NCBI GenBank assembly: GCA_025054635.1
Contig: JANWZM010000042.1
Span: 1-46,528, forward strand
Length of the DNA: 46,528 nucleotides
Reading direction: 5' to 3'
From: Thermoflexales bacterium
Lineage (GTDB): Bacteria; Chloroflexota; Anaerolineae; J036; Brachytrichaceae
The stretch's first letter is position 1. Every line of letters begins with the position of its first letter. This document shows positions 44,161 to 46,528 of this stretch, one piece after another. The notes under the pieces are model-generated. The model did no database searches. It was not told the origin of the DNA and saw only the letters and a list, made by a program, of their open reading frames with translations. A program made the position numbers and the translations under genes.

Positions 44161-44913
44161 TCATTCTTTCTGCCCCTCGAGCGAACGAGAGAGCGTGAAT
44201 TCACTCGTCCCTGTCGAGGCGCCATCGTTTTGTGCTACTCGCTTGAAGCGCGGCTGTGGGCGACGCTGGAGCAGCTTGGTGTGGTCAACCAGCAAGCGAT
44301 ACGCCGTGTCAACCTCACCGCGGTTGATTGCATCAACGATTCCCTCGTGATACGTCCACACCTCGTGCAGGTAGTCGTAGTCGGAGAAGACGCTTAGCCC
44401 TTCCGCCTCGTAGGCATCCCAGTAGGCTTCCAGCAACCCCTTGACGAACGGATTGCCCAGTCGGCGATAGATCGTCAGATGCAGATCGCGGTGTTCGGCA
44501 TGGGGAATGCGCGGCGGGTCCTCGTCGAGCTTGCTCCAAGCGCGGGCGATCAGCGCGCGCAACTCGGCGCGGTCGTCCTCATTGAGCAGGGCAACTGCTT
44601 CGTGAAAGAAGGCAAACTCGACGTGATTGCGCAGTTCGCTGAACGCCTCGAACAACTTGCGCTCGCGCGCCAGCGCGAACATCAGGCTGAAGCGCACCGC
44701 CGGCGCAAAGTCATAGTCCGCGACGCGGATGCCTGTGCGGGGCTTGACCTCGACCAAGCCCATGACGCGCGCTACCTCGAGTTGCTCACGCAGCTTGCTG
44801 ATGCTCAGGTCGAGCTCGTCGCTCAACTTCTCCAACGGAGGAAGCTGTTCGCCCGCCTTAAGTTGGTTGCGGACGATGTAATCGAGGAGTTCAGAGCCAG
44901 AAGTGCGCGTCAT
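44161..44913 (-). CDS. GntR-family transcriptional regulator, FadR/FCD subfamily (PdhR/LldR-like)
   Basis: 250 aa. The wHTH region is LPPLEKLSDELDLSISKLREQLEVARVMGLVEVKPRTGIRV. The C-terminal domain is all-helical and FCD-like. Lies immediately upstream of korAB on the same strand. Confidence 0.85.
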   Translation of the reverse strand: MTRTSGSELLDYIVRNQLKAGEQLPPLEKLSDELDLSISKLREQLEVARVMGLVEVKPRTGIRVADYDFAPAVRFSLMFALARERKLFEAFSELRNHVEFAFFHEAVALLNEDDRAELRALIARAWSKLDEDPPRIPHAEHRDLHLTIYRRLGNPFVKGLLEAYWDAYEAEGLSVFSDYDYLHEVWTYHEGIVDAINRGEVDTAYRLLVDHTKLLQRRPQPRFKRVAQNDGASTGTSEFTLSRSLEGQKE

Positions 44914-44935
44914 GGCGACGGATAATTCTGATTAT

Positions 44936-44949
44936 TCCGATGAATCGGA
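44936..44949. promoter_or_regulatory. 14-bp palindrome TCCGATgaATCGGA in the predicted 5' UTR of gntR (candidate operator)
   Basis: Perfect 6-bp arms. Lies between the predicted -10 (44962-44967) and the gntR ATG (44913). Confidence 0.3.
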
Positions 44950-44961
44950 TGATTGCCCCCA

Positions 44962-44989
44962 ATTCTAACCTAATTCACCGAGAAGTCAA
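44962..44989 (-). promoter_or_regulatory. sigma70-like promoter TTGACT-16 nt-TAGAAT for gntR-korAB
   Basis: The minus strand reads ctagTTGACTtctcggtgaattaggtTAGAATtggggg. This is the best consensus match in the window. Confidence 0.5.
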
Positions 44990-45005
44990 CTAGCCATCTG
45001 GCTAG
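44990..45005. promoter_or_regulatory. 16-bp palindrome CTAGCCAtcTGGCTAG abutting the -35 of the gntR promoter (candidate operator/activator site)
   Basis: Perfect 7-bp arms, directly adjacent to the -35 hexamer. Confidence 0.3.
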
Positions 45006-45052
45006 AGATACTCACAGTCTACTTACGTCGCGCAGGTATGCTCACGTGCGGC

Positions 45053-46528
45053 ATGGACGCAGCAACTACAACCTCGAGCGCGACCGCAGACGCCTTGCGG
45101 CACACCAGCCTGCCCCGAGGAACTTCGCCCGCAGCAGCAGAGCCGCCGTTGCGTCCGAGCGCCCTTCGCCGCCGTGCGCGCCGCGCACTGTGGTTTGGCG
45201 CGCGCATGGTGCTGGGGTTTGTCTGGTGGGAGCTCATCCTCGCGCGGCTCATCGGTCAACAGCGCGTGGAGCGAACGCGCCTGCGCCGGTTCACTACGCT
45301 GGCGCGGCGATTCCGCGACTTGGCGGTTGACCTCGGCGGCGTGTGGATCAAGCTCGGGCAGTTTCTCAGCAGCCGTGTGGACTTGCTACCGCCACAAGTG
45401 ATCGCTGAGCTGAGCGGTCTGCAGGACGCTGTGCCGCCCGAGCCAACCCCGATCATGCTGGCGCGCATCGAGCACGAGCTGGGGCGCCCAATCAACGAGC
45501 TGTTCGAGGACTTCGACCCTCAGCCCGTCGCTGCTGCCTCGTTCGGTCAGGTTTACCTAGCGACGCTGCGCCCCGACCCATCGCTCAACGGTAACTCGGC
45601 TGCCCCGCAGCGCGTTGTGGTCAAGGTGCAGCGCCCGCACATGCAAGCGATTGTCAATACAGACCTCCGTTCTCTGCGCACCATCATCGGCTGGCTCAAG
45701 CTCTACGCGCCGATCCGCCGCCGCGCAAACCTCGATGCGCTTGCCGAAGAGTTCTCGCAAGTGGTGCTCGAAGAGCTGGACTACCAGCATGAGGCAGACA
45801 ATGCAGAGACTTTTTACAAGAACTTCTTGAATGACCCAGGGGTGCGCGTGCCGCGTGTGTACCGCCATCTGACCACTCGGCATGTCATCGTCTTGAAAAA
45901 CGTCGAGGACATCAAGATCACTGACTTCGACGGGCTGGCGCAAGCAGGCATCGCGCGCAGCGAGGTCGCCCAAAAGCTGTTCGAGACGTATCTGGCGCAA
46001 GTCTTCGAGCACGGCTTCTTCCATGCCGACCCTCACCCCGGCAATCTGTTTGTGCAGCCGCTGGATCAAGCCCTCGCGCGCGCTTGGCGTGTGCCCATCG
46101 GCAAGGGGCGGCCCTTCCGCTTGACCTACGTGGACTTTGGCATGATGGGGCGGCTGCCACCGAACTTTGTGCGCGAGCTGCGCGAGTTCATCGTCGCGGT
46201 CACCCTCAAAGACGCTCACCGCTGGACGCTCTCAGCGCAGCGGCTAGGTTTCTTCCTGCCTGACGCTGACCTTGATCGCATCGAGCAAGCCATCGCCCTG
46301 CTGTTCGACCGGTTCTGGGGTGTCGCGCTGAACGACCTGAGCAACGTCGAGTTCGAGGAGATGTATCGCTTTGGGCTAGAGTTCCGCGATTTGCTCTCTT
46401 CGCTGCCGTTTCAGATCCCGCAGAACGTGCTGTACCTCGGGCGGGCGGCAAATATCTTGGCTGGGATGCTGACAGCGCTTGATCCACAGTTTGACCCGTG
46501 GCGGGCGCTGCAACCCTTCGCCAACCGC
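45053..46528 (+). CDS. ABC1/UbiB-family atypical protein kinase (3' end beyond the window)
   Basis: Not in the ORF track because there is no stop before the window end. Hand translation of the frame containing 45053 is open from 44969 to 46528. Motifs LGGVWIKLGQFLSSRVDLLPPQVIAELSGLQDAVPP, AAASFGQVY, VVVKVQRP, HADPHPGNLFV and DFGMMG. The start is ATG 45053 or ATG 45038. Confidence 0.85.
   Translation, partial: MDAATTTSSATADALRHTSLPRGTSPAAAEPPLRPSALRRRARRALWFGARMVLGFVWWELILARLIGQQRVERTRLRRFTTLARRFRDLAVDLGGVWIKLGQFLSSRVDLLPPQVIAELSGLQDAVPPEPTPIMLARIEHELGRPINELFEDFDPQPVAAASFGQVYLATLRPDPSLNGNSAAPQRVVVKVQRPHMQAIVNTDLRSLRTIIGWLKLYAPIRRRANLDALAEEFSQVVLEELDYQHEADNAETFYKNFLNDPGVRVPRVYRHLTTRHVIVLKNVEDIKITDFDGLAQAGIARSEVAQKLFETYLAQVFEHGFFHADPHPGNLFVQPLDQALARAWRVPIGKGRPFRLTYVDFGMMGRLPPNFVRELREFIVAVTLKDAHRWTLSAQRLGFFLPDADLDRIEQAIALLFDRFWGVALNDLSNVEFEEMYRFGLEFRDLLSSLPFQIPQNVLYLGRAANILAGMLTALDPQFDPWRALQPFANR

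Noticed and set aside
1-46528. Scanned by eye for CRISPR arrays, tRNA or rRNA genes, transposase/integrase genes, phage genes, toxin-antitoxin pairs and restriction-modification genes.
   Set aside because: None was recognised. The intergenic regions are short (237 bp or less) and are accounted for by promoters and terminators. This was a visual scan, not tRNAscan/Infernal/HMM searches, so small ncRNAs could have been missed.

Overview
This is a GC-rich, gene-dense bacterial chromosomal window. Gene content and protein style look Chloroflexota-like, but that is inference only. I support about 38 protein-coding genes, one decayed gene remnant, three intrinsic-terminator-like hairpins and several sigma70-like promoter elements.

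Gene order:
- leuD (+), then thrC-thrB (-).
- An approximately 8 kb co-directional minus-strand string: PduO-type adenosyltransferase, SARP/BTAD-P-loop-TPR regulator, queA, GT4 glycosyltransferase, coiled-coil protein, GT2 glycosyltransferase.
- A plus-strand S1 protease followed by MoxR-DUF58-VWA-VWA (Bat-like), then an alkyltransferase-like (ATL) protein.
- dnaG-rpoD (-), a small DUF4870-like membrane protein (+) and smc (-).
- A GNAT acetyltransferase and a PfkA-family phosphofructokinase (+).
- A minus-strand envelope module: giant polytopic O-antigen-ligase-like/TPR protein, WecA/MraY-family transferase, UDP-N-acetylhexosamine dehydrogenase.
- mtaD-like deaminase (+).
- A minus-strand trio: ATP-grasp ligase, YbdK/GCS2-type ligase, Ig/SH3b lipoprotein.
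- A CAP-domain secreted protein (+).
- Two tandem SbtA-like permeases (-), then a frameshifted and internally deleted remnant of a large membrane glycosyltransferase-like gene (-).
- gntR-korA-korB (-).
- A 3'-truncated ABC1/UbiB-family kinase (+). It is absent from the supplied ORF track because it runs off the window end; I translated it by hand.

I recognised no rRNA, tRNA, CRISPR array, transposase, integrase, phage gene or classical defence gene. If there is novelty here, it is metabolic, envelope or informational rather than mobile or defence.

Most interesting observations:
1. The ATP-grasp + GCS2 + SH3b-lipoprotein operon, a candidate uncharacterised amide-bond or peptide-forming system.
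2. A DnaG primase whose zinc-ribbon has lost all four zinc ligands.
3. A GT4 / coiled-coil / GT2 translationally coupled trio, with a recent 96-bp internal duplication in the coiled-coil gene.
4. Tandem short-loop SbtA-like permeases with no SbtB, sitting next to a decayed gene remnant.
5. Recurrent TAYAAT hexamers 7-12 nt upstream of start codons, suggesting leaderless or near-leaderless transcription.

All family assignments come from motif recognition by eye. No database search was run.
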